64,000 nucleotides of DNA. Origin: Oscillospiraceae bacterium (GTDB taxonomy: Bacteria; Bacillota; Clostridia; Oscillospirales; Oscillospiraceae). Below, piece by piece: positions 25,738 through 35,729 of the stretch (position 1 is its first letter; each line of letters starts with the position of its first letter). The notes below the pieces were generated by a model. It searched no databases. It was not told the origin of the DNA and was given only the letters and a program-made list of their open reading frames with translations. The position numbers were made by a program, and so were the translations under genes. The DNA lies in NCBI GenBank assembly GCA_048217285.1, contig DBFWVW010000091.1, positions 2,834 through 66,833 on the forward strand. Direction: 5' to 3'.

Positions 25738-27807
25738 TTACGCCAGCAGCTTTGTCATACTCTTGAGACTGATGACCAATGTGGAGGCGTTGTGCAGCAG
25801 TGCCGAGGTCGCTGGCGGAAGGACGCCGGCCACACCCAGACAGATCAGCAAGAAGTTGAAACTGATGATCTTGCGATAATTGCTATGGATGCGCTCCATG
25901 AGTGCGTCGCTCAGGCGTTTGAGTGTCAGCAGTGCATAGAGATCACCGGCACCGACCGTGATATCAGCTACTTCACGCGCGATGGCCGCACCGTCGCTGA
26001 TGGCGACGCCGACATCTGCCTCGGAGAGCGCTGGAGAATCATTCACGCCATCGCCGAGCATAAGGACCTTGCGACCGGCTGCGTGTTCCGCCTGAATGAA
26101 GGCGGCTTTGTCCTCAGGAAGCACTTCAGCAAAATATGCATCAACACCGACCGCTTCTGCGACTGCACGGGCGGTTTTTTCATTGTCTCCGGTCATCATG
26201 ACCAGCTTGGAGAAGCCGAGTTTCCGCAGGCTGCTGATAACATCAGCAGCTTCCGGCCGCAGCGGGTCTTCAATGCAGATGACAGCCGACAGGACACCGG
26301 AAACGGCGAGATACAGGTGCGAATAGGTATCCGAAAGCGCCTCAAATTTGGCTTGCTCCCCTGACGGGATGACGCAGTGCTCATCCTCGAATACAAAGTG
26401 GTGGCTGCCGATCACGACCTTCTTGCCGTCGACACTGCTGGAAATGCCATGCGCGACCAGATACTCCACGCGCGAATGGCGCTCCTCATGACGCAGTCCA
26501 CGGCGCGCCGCCTCCGCGACGACCGCTTTGGCCATGGAGTGCGGATAATGCTCCTCTAGGCAGGCAGCCAGACACAGCATATCTGCCTCGTCATTGCCGC
26601 CGAAGGTTACGACCTGCGCGACTTTTGGCTCGGCACGTGTCAGTGTTCCGGTCTTATCAAAGACGATCGTGTTCGCTTCAGACACAGCCTCTAGGAAGCG
26701 TCCGCCCTTGACAGACAGCTGATAATTGCTGGCCTCTCTCATGGCGGAGAGCACAGCGATCGGCATCGAAAGCTTGAGCGCGCAGGAGAAATCGACCATC
26801 AGAACAGCCAGTGCCTTGGCCATGTTCCCTGTCAGGAGCCAGACCAGTGCCGTTGCGCCCAGACTGTACGGTACCAGCTGGTCTGCAAGGTGCGAAGCGT
26901 GGTCTTCCGTTTCGGATTTGAGCTTTTCCGATTCCTCGATCATGCGGATGATGCGGTCGTAGCGGCCGCTGCCGGCGCTCTTTTCCACGCAGATGGTGCA
27001 GTCACCCTCTTCGACGACAGTGCCAGCGTAAACATAGCCGCCTTCCGTTCTGCGAACGGCCAACGGTTCCCCGGTAATGGATGCCTGGTTGACCATCACC
27101 TCACCGGTGATCACCTTGCCGTCAAGCGGGATCACGTTTCCGGTGTGGATCACGATCCGGTCGCTGACCTGAACATCTGCCACTGGTACAAGCACGGAGC
27201 CCGCGTCCGTCTCTTTCCAGACCTTGTCCACATTCAGAGACATTGTCTGCGCGAGATCTGCAACAGACTTTTTGTGCGTCCACTCGTCGAGAATATCGCC
27301 GATGCCCAGCAGGAACATGATGGAGCTCGCCGTCTTGAAGTCTTTGCGCAGCATCGACACGGTGATCGCGGTCGCGTCCAGCACTGGCACCTGGATCTTT
27401 TTGCGCATCAGGCAGGTCAGTCCGGACTTGATATACGGCACAGAACGCGCAACCGTGATCAGTGTGCGCACAGAGCTGGGAATGAAAAGCTGCTTGAGAC
27501 CGCGCCAGCACAGCGACGCGACCAGCTTGTCCTCAAATTCACGGCTCATGGCGCGGCTGCTGTGCTCCGGTGCGAGTGCCTGCTCGTTGGCATAGGCAAA
27601 GGACGCAAGCGCTTTTGTCACGGATTCCCGCGGCCCGTCGTAACAGATGACCGCGTCACCGGTGCGATCGTAGACGGTCGCTTTTGTCACACCCGAAACC
27701 TGATTCAGGTATGCCTCGAGAATATCCGCTTGCTGCAGCGACATGGTACCCTGCATTGTATGCACGCGCATACGGCCTCGGGTTTCATGCAGGATTGTGC
27801 ATTTCAT
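25738..27807 (-). CDS. Heavy-metal-translocating P-type ATPase (P1B type) with an SCA membrane motif and a CxxC-less N-terminal domain
   Basis: 689 aa. Actuator TGEP, phosphorylation motif FDKTGTLT, then MTGDN and GDGVNDSPAL. The TM helix preceding DKTGT reads VDFSCALKLSMP. The N-terminal ferredoxin-like domain (RMRVHT...) has no CxxC. Confidence 0.9.
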   Translation of the reverse strand: MKCTILHETRGRMRVHTMQGTMSLQQADILEAYLNQVSGVTKATVYDRTGDAVICYDGPRESVTKALASFAYANEQALAPEHSSRAMSREFEDKLVASLCWRGLKQLFIPSSVRTLITVARSVPYIKSGLTCLMRKKIQVPVLDATAITVSMLRKDFKTASSIMFLLGIGDILDEWTHKKSVADLAQTMSLNVDKVWKETDAGSVLVPVADVQVSDRIVIHTGNVIPLDGKVITGEVMVNQASITGEPLAVRRTEGGYVYAGTVVEEGDCTICVEKSAGSGRYDRIIRMIEESEKLKSETEDHASHLADQLVPYSLGATALVWLLTGNMAKALAVLMVDFSCALKLSMPIAVLSAMREASNYQLSVKGGRFLEAVSEANTIVFDKTGTLTRAEPKVAQVVTFGGNDEADMLCLAACLEEHYPHSMAKAVVAEAARRGLRHEERHSRVEYLVAHGISSSVDGKKVVIGSHHFVFEDEHCVIPSGEQAKFEALSDTYSHLYLAVSGVLSAVICIEDPLRPEAADVISSLRKLGFSKLVMMTGDNEKTARAVAEAVGVDAYFAEVLPEDKAAFIQAEHAAGRKVLMLGDGVNDSPALSEADVGVAISDGAAIAREVADITVGAGDLYALLTLKRLSDALMERIHSNYRKIISFNFLLICLGVAGVLPPATSALLHNASTLVISLKSMTKLLA

Positions 27808-27809
27808 AC

Positions 27810-28076
27810 TTACTCAGCCTTCTCCGCCGAGTCCTCAATGACCTCAGCCTGCTCGGCTGCGCGCTTGTCATTGAATGCCTTGGCGCCGGCCAGAACATCA
27901 CCCGCGATCTCCTTGATGTGTGTCACGACCGACATGACATCTTCCTTCTCGCGCAACGCGGCTGCCGTCGTATACACATACACCTTCTGGGCATCTTTGC
28001 TTGCGAGAATCTTTGCGCCGACTGTTGCAAACAGCGCGCCGCCAACAAAGGCTCCCAATTTTTCCATGCTCATCAT
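27810..28076 (-). CDS. Small conserved hypothetical protein co-transcribed with the P-type ATPase
   Basis: 88 aa from MMSMEKLGAFVGGALFATVGAKILASKD.... GGAGGT RBS 4 nt upstream. Its stop is 2 nt from the ATPase start. It has an N-terminal hydrophobic helix and an acidic C-terminus. Confidence 0.6.
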   Translation of the reverse strand: MMSMEKLGAFVGGALFATVGAKILASKDAQKVYVYTTAAALREKEDVMSVVTHIKEIAGDVLAGAKAFNDKRAAEQAEVIEDSAEKAE

Positions 28077-28164
28077 GATTACCTCCATGTTTTTTTAGTC
28101 CGCATGCCTGCGGCCTGGTTATATGGCTCAAATTGCAATTAGACACCATTAACCATCGTTTTAA

Positions 28165-28193
28165 GTTATATCACTCGAACTGACATTTTTCAA
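28165..28193 (-). promoter_or_regulatory. Sigma-A-type promoter for the small-protein/ATPase operon
   Basis: The minus strand reads TTGAAA (28193-28188), 17-nt spacer, TATAAC (28170-28165). This leaves a leader of about 80 nt. Confidence 0.5.
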
Positions 28194-28231
28194 GCTTTGA
28201 GATGAAAATTTATACATTTCAGCAACGTTAA

Positions 28232-28262
28232 CAAAAGCGCCCCGCCAGGAATGGCGGGGCGC
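28232..28262 (-). terminator. Rho-independent terminator after tyrS
   Basis: GCGCCCCGCC attcct GGCGGGGCGC followed by TTTTG on the minus strand. Confidence 0.8.
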
Positions 28263-28284
28263 GAACAATCTGTCGGATATTCTG

Positions 28285-29490
28285 TTATTTCAGCAGCACC
28301 TTGCGGAAATTTTTCTTGCCGCGCTTGAGCACGACACCGGCTTTCAGCTCTGCTTCCGTGAAGTTTTTTGCAATATCGGTCACTTTTTCATCATTGGCTG
28401 ACACGCCGCCCTGCTGCACATTGCGACGGGCGTCGGACTTGGATGCGCACAGACCGCTCTTGACAAGCAGGCTGAGGATATCCGCGCCATCGTCGGCCGT
28501 GATTTCGACTGTCGGTACACCTTCTCCGGAACCGCCGAACACTGCCTTGGCAGCAGCCTGTGCCTTGTCGGCCTCAGCCTCGCCGTGCACCATCTTCGTG
28601 AGTTCGTAGGCCAGAATCTCCTTGGCCTTGTTGAGCTGCTCGCCCTGCCAGCCGTCCATCTTGTCGATCTCCTCGAGCGGGAGGAAGGTCAGCATACGGA
28701 TACATTTGAGTACGTCGGCATCGTCGACATTGCGCCAGTACTGGTAAAACTCAAACGGGCTGGTCTTGTTCGGGTCGAGCCAGACGGCGCCCTTGGCAGT
28801 CTTGCCCATCTTCTTCCCCTCGGAATTGAGCAGCAGTGTGATCGTCATGGCGTGTGCATCTTTGCCGAGCTTGCGGCGGATGAGCTCCGTGCCGCCGAGC
28901 ATATTTGACCACTGGTCGTTACCGCCGAACTGCATATTGCAGCCGTAGTGCTGGAACATGTAGTAGAAGTCATAGCTCTGCATGATCATGTAGTTGAACT
29001 CCAGGAAGCTCAGGCCCTTTTCCATGCGCTGCTTGTAACACTCGGCGCGCAGCATATTGTTCACGGAGAAGCACGCGCCGACTTCACGCAGAAGTTCAAT
29101 ATAATTGAGCGGTTTGAGCCACTCGGAGTTATAGAGCATGAGCGCCTTGCCGTCCGAGAAGTCAATGAAGCGCTCCATCTGGCGCTTGAAACATTCGGCG
29201 TTGTGCTTAATGGTTTCCTCGGTGAGCATTTGGCGCATATCCGTGCGACCGGATGGATCGCCGATGAGGGTCGTGCCATCGCCGATGAGGGCAATGGGCT
29301 TGTTGCCCGCCGTCTGCAGACGCTTCATCAGGCACAGGGCCATGAAGTGGCCGACGTGCAGCGAATCCGCCGTGCAGTCAAAGCCGATGTAGAATGTGGC
29401 TTTGCCGTTGTTGATCATGTTTTTGATCTCGTCCTCGTTCGTCACCTGCGCGATCAGGCCGCGGGCAATCAGTTCATCATACAGTGTCAT
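28285..29490 (-). CDS. tyrS: Tyrosine--tRNA ligase
   Basis: MTLYDELIARGLIAQVT, the HIGH motif (LHVGHF), the KMSKS-like KMGKT, and a C-terminal S4 domain. 401 aa after trimming the ORF extension. Confidence 0.95.
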   Translation of the reverse strand: MTLYDELIARGLIAQVTNEDEIKNMINNGKATFYIGFDCTADSLHVGHFMALCLMKRLQTAGNKPIALIGDGTTLIGDPSGRTDMRQMLTEETIKHNAECFKRQMERFIDFSDGKALMLYNSEWLKPLNYIELLREVGACFSVNNMLRAECYKQRMEKGLSFLEFNYMIMQSYDFYYMFQHYGCNMQFGGNDQWSNMLGGTELIRRKLGKDAHAMTITLLLNSEGKKMGKTAKGAVWLDPNKTSPFEFYQYWRNVDDADVLKCIRMLTFLPLEEIDKMDGWQGEQLNKAKEILAYELTKMVHGEAEADKAQAAAKAVFGGSGEGVPTVEITADDGADILSLLVKSGLCASKSDARRNVQQGGVSANDEKVTDIAKNFTEAELKAGVVLKRGKKNFRKVLLK

Positions 29491-29518
29491 CGTTTTATCT
29501 CCCTTTGCTGTTTGCTTG

Positions 29519-29902
29519 TTATTCTTTGACCTTGTTCTCTGCGAGGATCTCCTCGGCGCGCTGCGCACCCCAGGCGATCATATGGGCGCAGTGACCCTTG
29601 CCGCCGTTTTTCGCCACAAGTTCCTGGCAGCGCAGACAGCCGAATTCCTCACGGAAGCTTTGTGTCATCTGCTTGGTCATAGCCGTGGCTGCGGCCTGAT
29701 CGGCTGCAAGGCCGAACGCCATCACAGCGCCGGTGATACTGCCGCAAATTTCTCCGCAGCGCACACCGCCGCCAAAACCGGCGGCGACGCGTCTGGCCGT
29801 GTTTTCATCCAGACCCGTTTCCTCCTGCAGCGCGGCAAGCACGCTCTGCGCACAGTTGCAGCCATTGTTATGATACGCGATGGCGGATTCCTGGATACTC
29901 AT
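29519..29902 (-). CDS. C_GCAxxG_C_C family redox protein
   Basis: 127 aa. NCAQSVL, CGEICGSITGA, GCLRCQEL and GHCAHMI match the family's cysteine pattern. Confidence 0.82.
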   Translation of the reverse strand: MSIQESAIAYHNNGCNCAQSVLAALQEETGLDENTARRVAAGFGGGVRCGEICGSITGAVMAFGLAADQAAATAMTKQMTQSFREEFGCLRCQELVAKNGGKGHCAHMIAWGAQRAEEILAENKVKE

Positions 29903-31599
29903 GGTTCTCTCTCACCTTTCTCAATCGATTGTTTATAAGCTGCGGCAGAGGCAAGCTGCTCGGCAGCGCTGGCCAGTGTCAGGGACGTGATATGGTCGCC
30001 GCCGTAAAGTCGTGCGATCTCACGCTGGCGGCCGTCGTTGTCAAGCGGCTGCACCGTTGTACGGGTGCGGCCGTCCTGTTCGCGTTTCTCGATCAGGTAA
30101 TGCCGGTCGGCCATAGCTGCGATCTGCGGCAGGTGCGTGATGCAGATGACCTGTTTGGTCATGGATAGCTTACTTAGCTTCTCCCCCACACGCTGTGCTG
30201 CCACGCCGGAGACGCCAGCGTCCACTTCATCAAAGACCATAGAGGGCACATCGTCGCGTTCGGCAAACACATTTTTCAGTGCCAGCATGATACGCGACAG
30301 CTCACCGCCGGAAGCAATCTTGCTGATACGGCCGAGTGCTTCGCCGGTGTTTGCCGAGATCAGGAAGCGCACATTGTCCGCACCCGTGGCCTGAAAGCCG
30401 GGGTTGCTGCCAAGCGGTGTAATCTCCACCCGGAAACGCACCGACGGCATGGAGAGCTCGCGCAGTTCACGCTCGACCTGCCGCTCCAGTGCGGCCGCGG
30501 CAGTCCGGCGCGCCTGCGTCAATTCTGCTGCCGCTGCGTGCGTCTGCTCCGCCTGCTTTTGGATCAGCGACTCGAGCTTCTGCAGCCGGTCGCCGGCATA
30601 TTCGATCTGATCCAGCCGTTTTCGGGCTGCCTCGAGCGTATCAATCAGACCGGCCTCATCCGTGCTGTATTTCCGCTCCAATCGCCGTAGCAGTGACAGG
30701 CGTGTTTCAATACGGTCGAATTCTTCGTCGGAAAAATCCAGCCCATCACGAAAGTCGCGCAGCGTCTCCGCCGCGTCCTGCAACGTGAACACCGCACCCT
30801 TGACTGCTTCCGGCAAAGGCGTGAGCTCACTCGCGTAGTTGGCGGCCCGCTCGACTTCTGACAGGGCCTCTCCGGCCAGCGCAGATGCGGAATCATCCCG
30901 GCCGGCCAGCAGATCATACGCCTGATCGACCGCTTCCGAGAGCTTTTCAAAGTTGCGCAGCAGAGCGCTGCGTTCCGTGAGCTCTGCCTCTTCCCCGGCT
31001 TTGAGCTCCGCGCGCTCCAGCTCTTCGATCTGGCGGCGGAGGCTCTCTGTCAGCAGTTCCTTTTCGTTTTCATAGGTCGAAAGCGTGTCGCGCTCCTTGC
31101 ACAGCGCCTGATAGGCCTGGTACTGCTCGCAATAGCGCGCGAGTTCCGGCTCCAGCTGGCCGAATCGATCCAGATTGCGCAGATGTTCCCGCTCATCAAG
31201 CAGATGCTGTCCGTCATTCTGACCGTGGATGTCGAGCAGCAGCGCACCCAGTGTACGTAGTTGCGCCGTTGTGACCGGCACACCGCAGACGCGGCAGGAT
31301 GTCTTGCCCTCCGACGTGATCTGGCGGCGGATGATGAGTTCATCGTCGCAGTCGATCTCGTTTTCGTCGCACCAGGCCCGACATGGGTCGGGATCGAATG
31401 TCGCACAGACGACTGCTTTTTCGGCGCCTGTGCGCACAAGTTCGCGCGAGGCGCGTGCACCGAGGATCGCGTGCATAGCGTCCACGAGGATGGATTTGCC
31501 CGCGCCGGTCTCGCCGGTCAGAATGTTCAGGCCGGGCCCGAGCTCCAGATCCGCCCGCTCGATGACCGCGACATTTTCAATATGCAGTTCTCGCAGCAA
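29899..31599 (-). CDS. recN: DNA repair protein RecN
   Basis: 566 aa. Walker A GETGAGKS, a long coiled coil, and C-terminal ASGGELSRIMLAL and MVFDEVDAG. Confidence 0.95.
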   Translation of the reverse strand: MLRELHIENVAVIERADLELGPGLNILTGETGAGKSILVDAMHAILGARASRELVRTGAEKAVVCATFDPDPCRAWCDENEIDCDDELIIRRQITSEGKTSCRVCGVPVTTAQLRTLGALLLDIHGQNDGQHLLDEREHLRNLDRFGQLEPELARYCEQYQAYQALCKERDTLSTYENEKELLTESLRRQIEELERAELKAGEEAELTERSALLRNFEKLSEAVDQAYDLLAGRDDSASALAGEALSEVERAANYASELTPLPEAVKGAVFTLQDAAETLRDFRDGLDFSDEEFDRIETRLSLLRRLERKYSTDEAGLIDTLEAARKRLDQIEYAGDRLQKLESLIQKQAEQTHAAAAELTQARRTAAAALERQVERELRELSMPSVRFRVEITPLGSNPGFQATGADNVRFLISANTGEALGRISKIASGGELSRIMLALKNVFAERDDVPSMVFDEVDAGVSGVAAQRVGEKLSKLSMTKQVICITHLPQIAAMADRHYLIEKREQDGRTRTTVQPLDNDGRQREIARLYGGDHITSLTLASAAEQLASAAAYKQSIEKGEREP

Positions 31600-31623
31600 A
31601 GCGCCTCACCTCCTGTGGTGTCA

Positions 31624-32088
31624 TCAGAGCAGTTTTTCGATCTCGTGGAAAAACTCATCGGCGGACGTGTTGTCCTTCATGAGCAAAAATGCTGTGTCGT
31701 CGCCCGCAAGCGTTCCGACGAGCGTGTCGATGCGCATACTGTCGAGTGCGGAGCAGGCAGCTGAGGCAAGGCCCGGCAGTGTCTTGATGACGATGATGTT
31801 TTGTGCCTCAGCATAAGACGTTACACATTCCCGGAAAATTTTCTTCAGGCGTTCATCGTAGCCGGGAAATTCGTCTACCGCCGGTGCGGCGTATCGGTAT
31901 TTCCCGCTCGGCGAGAGCGTTTTCGTCAGGTGCAGCTCTTTGATATCGCGCGACAAGGTTGCCTGCGTGCTTGGAACGCCGTGTTGTGCCAGCACATCCA
32001 TGAGCTGGTTTTGCGTCTCGATCTCCTGCTCTGCAATGATCTGCAAAATGATGTTTTGTCTGGTGGATTTCACGTCGCCCCTCCTCAT
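31624..32088 (-). CDS. argR: Arginine repressor ArgR/AhrC
   Basis: 154 aa. Winged-helix segment TQATLSRDIKEL and C-terminal GTLAGDDT. Confidence 0.92.
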   Translation of the reverse strand: MRRGDVKSTRQNIILQIIAEQEIETQNQLMDVLAQHGVPSTQATLSRDIKELHLTKTLSPSGKYRYAAPAVDEFPGYDERLKKIFRECVTSYAEAQNIIVIKTLPGLASAACSALDSMRIDTLVGTLAGDDTAFLLMKDNTSADEFFHEIEKLL

Positions 32089-32942
32089 AGGCTGTCTGTC
32101 AGCTTGCCGAAAGCCGTTTCGTAAAAGCTGCGAATGCCGGTATCGGCCAGCAGCGTGTAATTTTCCGATCTGTGGATGCGGATCTGATCGCCGCGGATGA
32201 GCGCGATGCTGTCTCCACCGTCCGCCACGAGAATAGCCGGCCGGTCGTGGATCCGCTCCGGCACGATCGTGATCTGCCGCCCGGGCGCAAGCACGAAGGA
32301 TTTTCCGGCAAGACTGTGCGCGCAGATGGGCGTCATGATGATATTCTCGTTTTCGGGCTCGACGAGCGGCCCGCCGGCCGACATGGAGTAGGCCGTGGAA
32401 CCGGTCGGCGTGGCAACGATAATGCCGTCACCGTTGAAGCGCGTGATGGGCGCGCCGTCACCATAAGCCGTAATGCCGATACAGTCCACATGGCCGCCGT
32501 GGATGACCACGTCGTTGAGCACCGATTGCGTGCAGATGATCCGCTCGTTGCGCACGAGCTCCACGTCGAGCATCATGCGCCGGCTGACCGTATACTGTCC
32601 GTCCGCGATCTCGAGCAAAATATCCAGTTCATCGTCCTCCAGACCGGCCAGGAATCCCTTGCCTCCGAAGTTCACGCCGATGATTGGGATTGGATGGTCA
32701 CGAAGCGTGACCGCAACGTGCAGGATCGTCCCATCACCGCCCATGACGATGATCAGCGCAGCATCCTGTGCCGCAAGCTCCAGCGGCTGGACAGGGATAT
32801 TTTCCGGCAGATAGGCCTTGGGCGCGAACACCGGTGAGACAACTGCCTGATGGCCATGCTCCGTGAGCATTCGGTAAACTATCAGCGCTTTTTGCAGACC
32901 GTTGTCCCGATACGGATTGGCCGCAATGACAATGTGTTTCAT
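32085..32942 (-). CDS. nadK: NAD kinase
   Basis: 285 aa. GGDGT motif (VMGGDGTILH), NDVVI, TPTGSTAYSMSAGGP. Confidence 0.93.
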   Translation of the reverse strand: MKHIVIAANPYRDNGLQKALIVYRMLTEHGHQAVVSPVFAPKAYLPENIPVQPLELAAQDAALIIVMGGDGTILHVAVTLRDHPIPIIGVNFGGKGFLAGLEDDELDILLEIADGQYTVSRRMMLDVELVRNERIICTQSVLNDVVIHGGHVDCIGITAYGDGAPITRFNGDGIIVATPTGSTAYSMSAGGPLVEPENENIIMTPICAHSLAGKSFVLAPGRQITIVPERIHDRPAILVADGGDSIALIRGDQIRIHRSENYTLLADTGIRSFYETAFGKLTDSL

Positions 32943-33757
32943 ATGCCACTCTCTTTTCCGTGGGCCAATGCACCGTGCGATTGTTCCACAACGGCCGCCG
33001 GATCCAGCACCGGCACAGGATATGCTCCCTTACGCAGGTAGCCGAGGTACTCAATGTTGCCCTCCGGTCCCTTGATGGGCGAATAGTCCAGCCCCATGAC
33101 GGTAAAGCCGGCGCTGGGTACAAAGTCCAGAAAGCTCTGAAGCACCTCCAGATGCACCTTCGGATCCCGGACAACACCTTTTTTGCCGACCTCTTCGCGC
33201 CCGGCCTCAAATTGTGGCTTGATGAGGCAGACAACCGCCGCGCCGTCTTTCAGCAGCGGACAAACTGCCGGCAGGATGAGCTTCACAGAGATAAACGACA
33301 GATCCATGACCGCCAGATCCAATGGTTCCGGAATCTGCTCGGCCGTAATATAGCGCACGTTTGTGCGCTCCATGGAGATCACGCGCGGATCGTTGCGCAG
33401 ACTCCAGGCGAGCTGGCCGTAGCCGACATCGACGGCGTAGACTTTTGCCGCGCCGTTTTGCAGCAGCACATCCGTAAAACCGCCGGTCGAAGCGCCGCAG
33501 TCGATGCACGTCAGGCCGGTCGGATCTACGGGAAATACTTTGAGTGCCTTTTCCAATTTGAAGCCACCGCGGCTGACATAGGGCAGCGTATTGCCGCGCA
33601 CCTCGATCTTTACATTGGGCGCGACCTGTGCGCCAGGCTTGTCCGCGCGCTGACCATTGACATAGACCACACCGCTCATAATGATCGCCTTCGCGCGCTC
33701 GCGGCTTTCGCTCAGGCCCTGGTCAAAGACGAGCTGATCGAGACGTACCTTCTTCAT
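32939..33757 (-). CDS. tlyA: TlyA family rRNA (cytidine-2'-O)-methyltransferase
   Basis: Starts MKKVRLDQLVFDQGL (S4 domain). SAM motif DCGASTGGFTD and DLSFIS. The ATG overlaps the dxs stop (ATGA). Confidence 0.9.
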   Translation of the reverse strand: MKKVRLDQLVFDQGLSESRERAKAIIMSGVVYVNGQRADKPGAQVAPNVKIEVRGNTLPYVSRGGFKLEKALKVFPVDPTGLTCIDCGASTGGFTDVLLQNGAAKVYAVDVGYGQLAWSLRNDPRVISMERTNVRYITAEQIPEPLDLAVMDLSFISVKLILPAVCPLLKDGAAVVCLIKPQFEAGREEVGKKGVVRDPKVHLEVLQSFLDFVPSAGFTVMGLDYSPIKGPEGNIEYLGYLRKGAYPVPVLDPAAVVEQSHGALAHGKESGI

Positions 33758-35628
33758 GTGCCGTTCCCCTCTTTCTCGCTGAAGCACATTGCTTGAGCGG
33801 CGGCGGTAATTGCCCGGGCATCCAAACCGTATGCCACTTTGAGCACATCCGGCGCGCCGTGCGGGATAATGCCGTTGCCGAGATTCAGCAGCCGCGCGGC
33901 GCACAGCGCCATTCCGGCCTGTTCCGCCGCAGAGAGCACCTGTTCGCCGATGCAATTGGCTGCGCAGACATCCTCGACCGCCAACAGCCGTCCTGTCTTA
34001 CGCAAGGAGGCAAGAACCGGCGCCCATTCCAGCGGCGCGACCTGCGCGAGCTTGACAATTTCGGCTGAAACGCCCTGCTGCGCAAGCAGATCTGCCGCCT
34101 GCAGCACGTCGTTAATGACAATGCCGTAGGTCAGGATTGTCAGATCACTGCCCTCGCGCAAAATCGTGACGGGTTTCAAATTGCAGTCCCGGTATGCGCC
34201 CTCGCCGCCGCGCGGATAGCGCACGGCGACCGGACAGTCTAGTTCGAGCACCGCCTTGCGCAGCATTGCGCGCAGCTCGGCGAAGCTTGCCGGGCAGAGG
34301 ATGCGCATATACGGCACGGAGCTCAGATAGCTGATGTCAAAGCAGCCGTTATGCGTATCGCCGTCATTGCCGACGATGCCGGCGCGATCGACGCCGAGCA
34401 CCAGATGCAGCCGCTGCAGCGACGTGTCGTGGATGAGCATATCATACGCGCGCTGCAAAAAGCTTGAATAGATCGCCGCGACAGGCTTGAGCCCCTGCTT
34501 TGCCATACCGCTGGCCATCGTGATCGCGTGCCCTTCCGCAACACCGACATCATAGAGCCGATCCGGATGCTGCGCGGCAAAGGCCGTCAGACCCGTGCCT
34601 GTCAGCATAGCCGCCGTGATGGCGACAACCGTCGGATCTTCATCGGCCAGCTGCGAGAGCGTTTCGCCGAAGGTATGCGAAAAGTCCGGCTTAGATGCCG
34701 GCAGCGCGCCGGTCACGGGGTCAAACGAACTGACGCCGTGATATTTTTCCGGTGCCTGCTCCGTATATGAGATGCCCTTACCCTTTTTCGTCACAACGTG
34801 CAGCAGCACCGGCTGGCGCAGATCGCGCGCCCAGTGCAGCATCTTTTCCAGTTGCGGTTCATCGTGCCCGTCTACCGGGCCAATGTAGTAAAAGCCCATA
34901 TCGTCGAACATGTTGTTCGGAAGGACCAGATCTTTAACACGTTCTTTTACACTGTGCAGTAGTTTATACAGACCGGGTGCCTTGCCGACGGTATTGCGAT
35001 AAAACTGCTTAAAGTGCAGATACCCCGGCTTCACGCGCTGTTTGGACAGCAGCGTTGCCATACCGCCGACATTTTTGTTGATCGACATACCGTTATCATT
35101 GAGCACGATGACCATCGGCTCGCCGCTCTGTCCGGCATCCGACAAGCCCTCGTACGCCAGTCCGCCGGTCAGTGCGCCGTCGCCGATGAGGGCAATGACG
35201 TCATAGTCTGCTCCTGTGAGCGTGCGCGCCCGCGCCATCCCCAACGCGACGGAGATCGACGTGGAGGCGTGGCCGGCCACGAACGCATCGTGTACGCTCT
35301 CGTCCGGCTTCGGGAACCCGGCGATGCCGCCGAACTGCCGCAGCGTCGAAAACGCTTCCCGTCGCCCGGTCAGGATCTTGTGCACATAGCTCTGATGGCC
35401 GACATCGAATACGAGTCGGTCTTTTTCGGTGTTATATACCCGGTCGATCGCGACCGTGAGCTCCACCGCGCCGAGATTAGACGCCAGATGCCCGCCGGTC
35501 TTCGCGAGATTTTCGACCAGAAAAGAACGAAGTTCCGCACATAGTGCCGGAATTTCTTCCGCCGGCAGCGCCTTCAGGTCGGCCGGTGAATGGATTCGCT
35601 CTAATATACTCAAAACAGAATACCTCAC
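33754..35628 (-). CDS. dxs: 1-deoxy-D-xylulose-5-phosphate synthase
   Basis: 624 aa. GGHLASNLG, DVGHQSY, GDGALTGG (ThDP motif). The ORF starts with GTG at 35628. A TTG at 35613, 7 nt after GAGGT, is an alternative start. Confidence 0.95.
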   Translation of the reverse strand: MRYSVLSILERIHSPADLKALPAEEIPALCAELRSFLVENLAKTGGHLASNLGAVELTVAIDRVYNTEKDRLVFDVGHQSYVHKILTGRREAFSTLRQFGGIAGFPKPDESVHDAFVAGHASTSISVALGMARARTLTGADYDVIALIGDGALTGGLAYEGLSDAGQSGEPMVIVLNDNGMSINKNVGGMATLLSKQRVKPGYLHFKQFYRNTVGKAPGLYKLLHSVKERVKDLVLPNNMFDDMGFYYIGPVDGHDEPQLEKMLHWARDLRQPVLLHVVTKKGKGISYTEQAPEKYHGVSSFDPVTGALPASKPDFSHTFGETLSQLADEDPTVVAITAAMLTGTGLTAFAAQHPDRLYDVGVAEGHAITMASGMAKQGLKPVAAIYSSFLQRAYDMLIHDTSLQRLHLVLGVDRAGIVGNDGDTHNGCFDISYLSSVPYMRILCPASFAELRAMLRKAVLELDCPVAVRYPRGGEGAYRDCNLKPVTILREGSDLTILTYGIVINDVLQAADLLAQQGVSAEIVKLAQVAPLEWAPVLASLRKTGRLLAVEDVCAANCIGEQVLSAAEQAGMALCAARLLNLGNGIIPHGAPDVLKVAYGLDARAITAAAQAMCFSEKEGNGT

Positions 35629-35729
35629 GCATAATAATACAAAGTATACTATAACAAAAAGTGCCGGACTTTACAAGAGTAAGCCGACACTTTTCGCAAT
35701 TTCACCGGAAGTCCGGTGCTTTTGTTGGT

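Noticed and set aside
29491-29518. Expected T-box leader upstream of tyrS.
   Set aside because: Only 28 nt separate tyrS from the upstream C_GCAxxG_C_C gene. No T-box or specifier structure can fit there, and no AGAGA / GGUGGUACCGCG-type elements are present. tyrS appears to be co-transcribed with the upstream genes.
35621-35670. dif-like half site (ACGCATAAT...) and other ATAAT/TTATGT-containing strings (for example 13715-13745, 18441-18455 and 50248-50262), examined as candidate Xer recombination sites.
   Set aside because: None has both arms of the 28-bp dif consensus. In particular the conserved TTATGTnAAnT XerD arm is missing.
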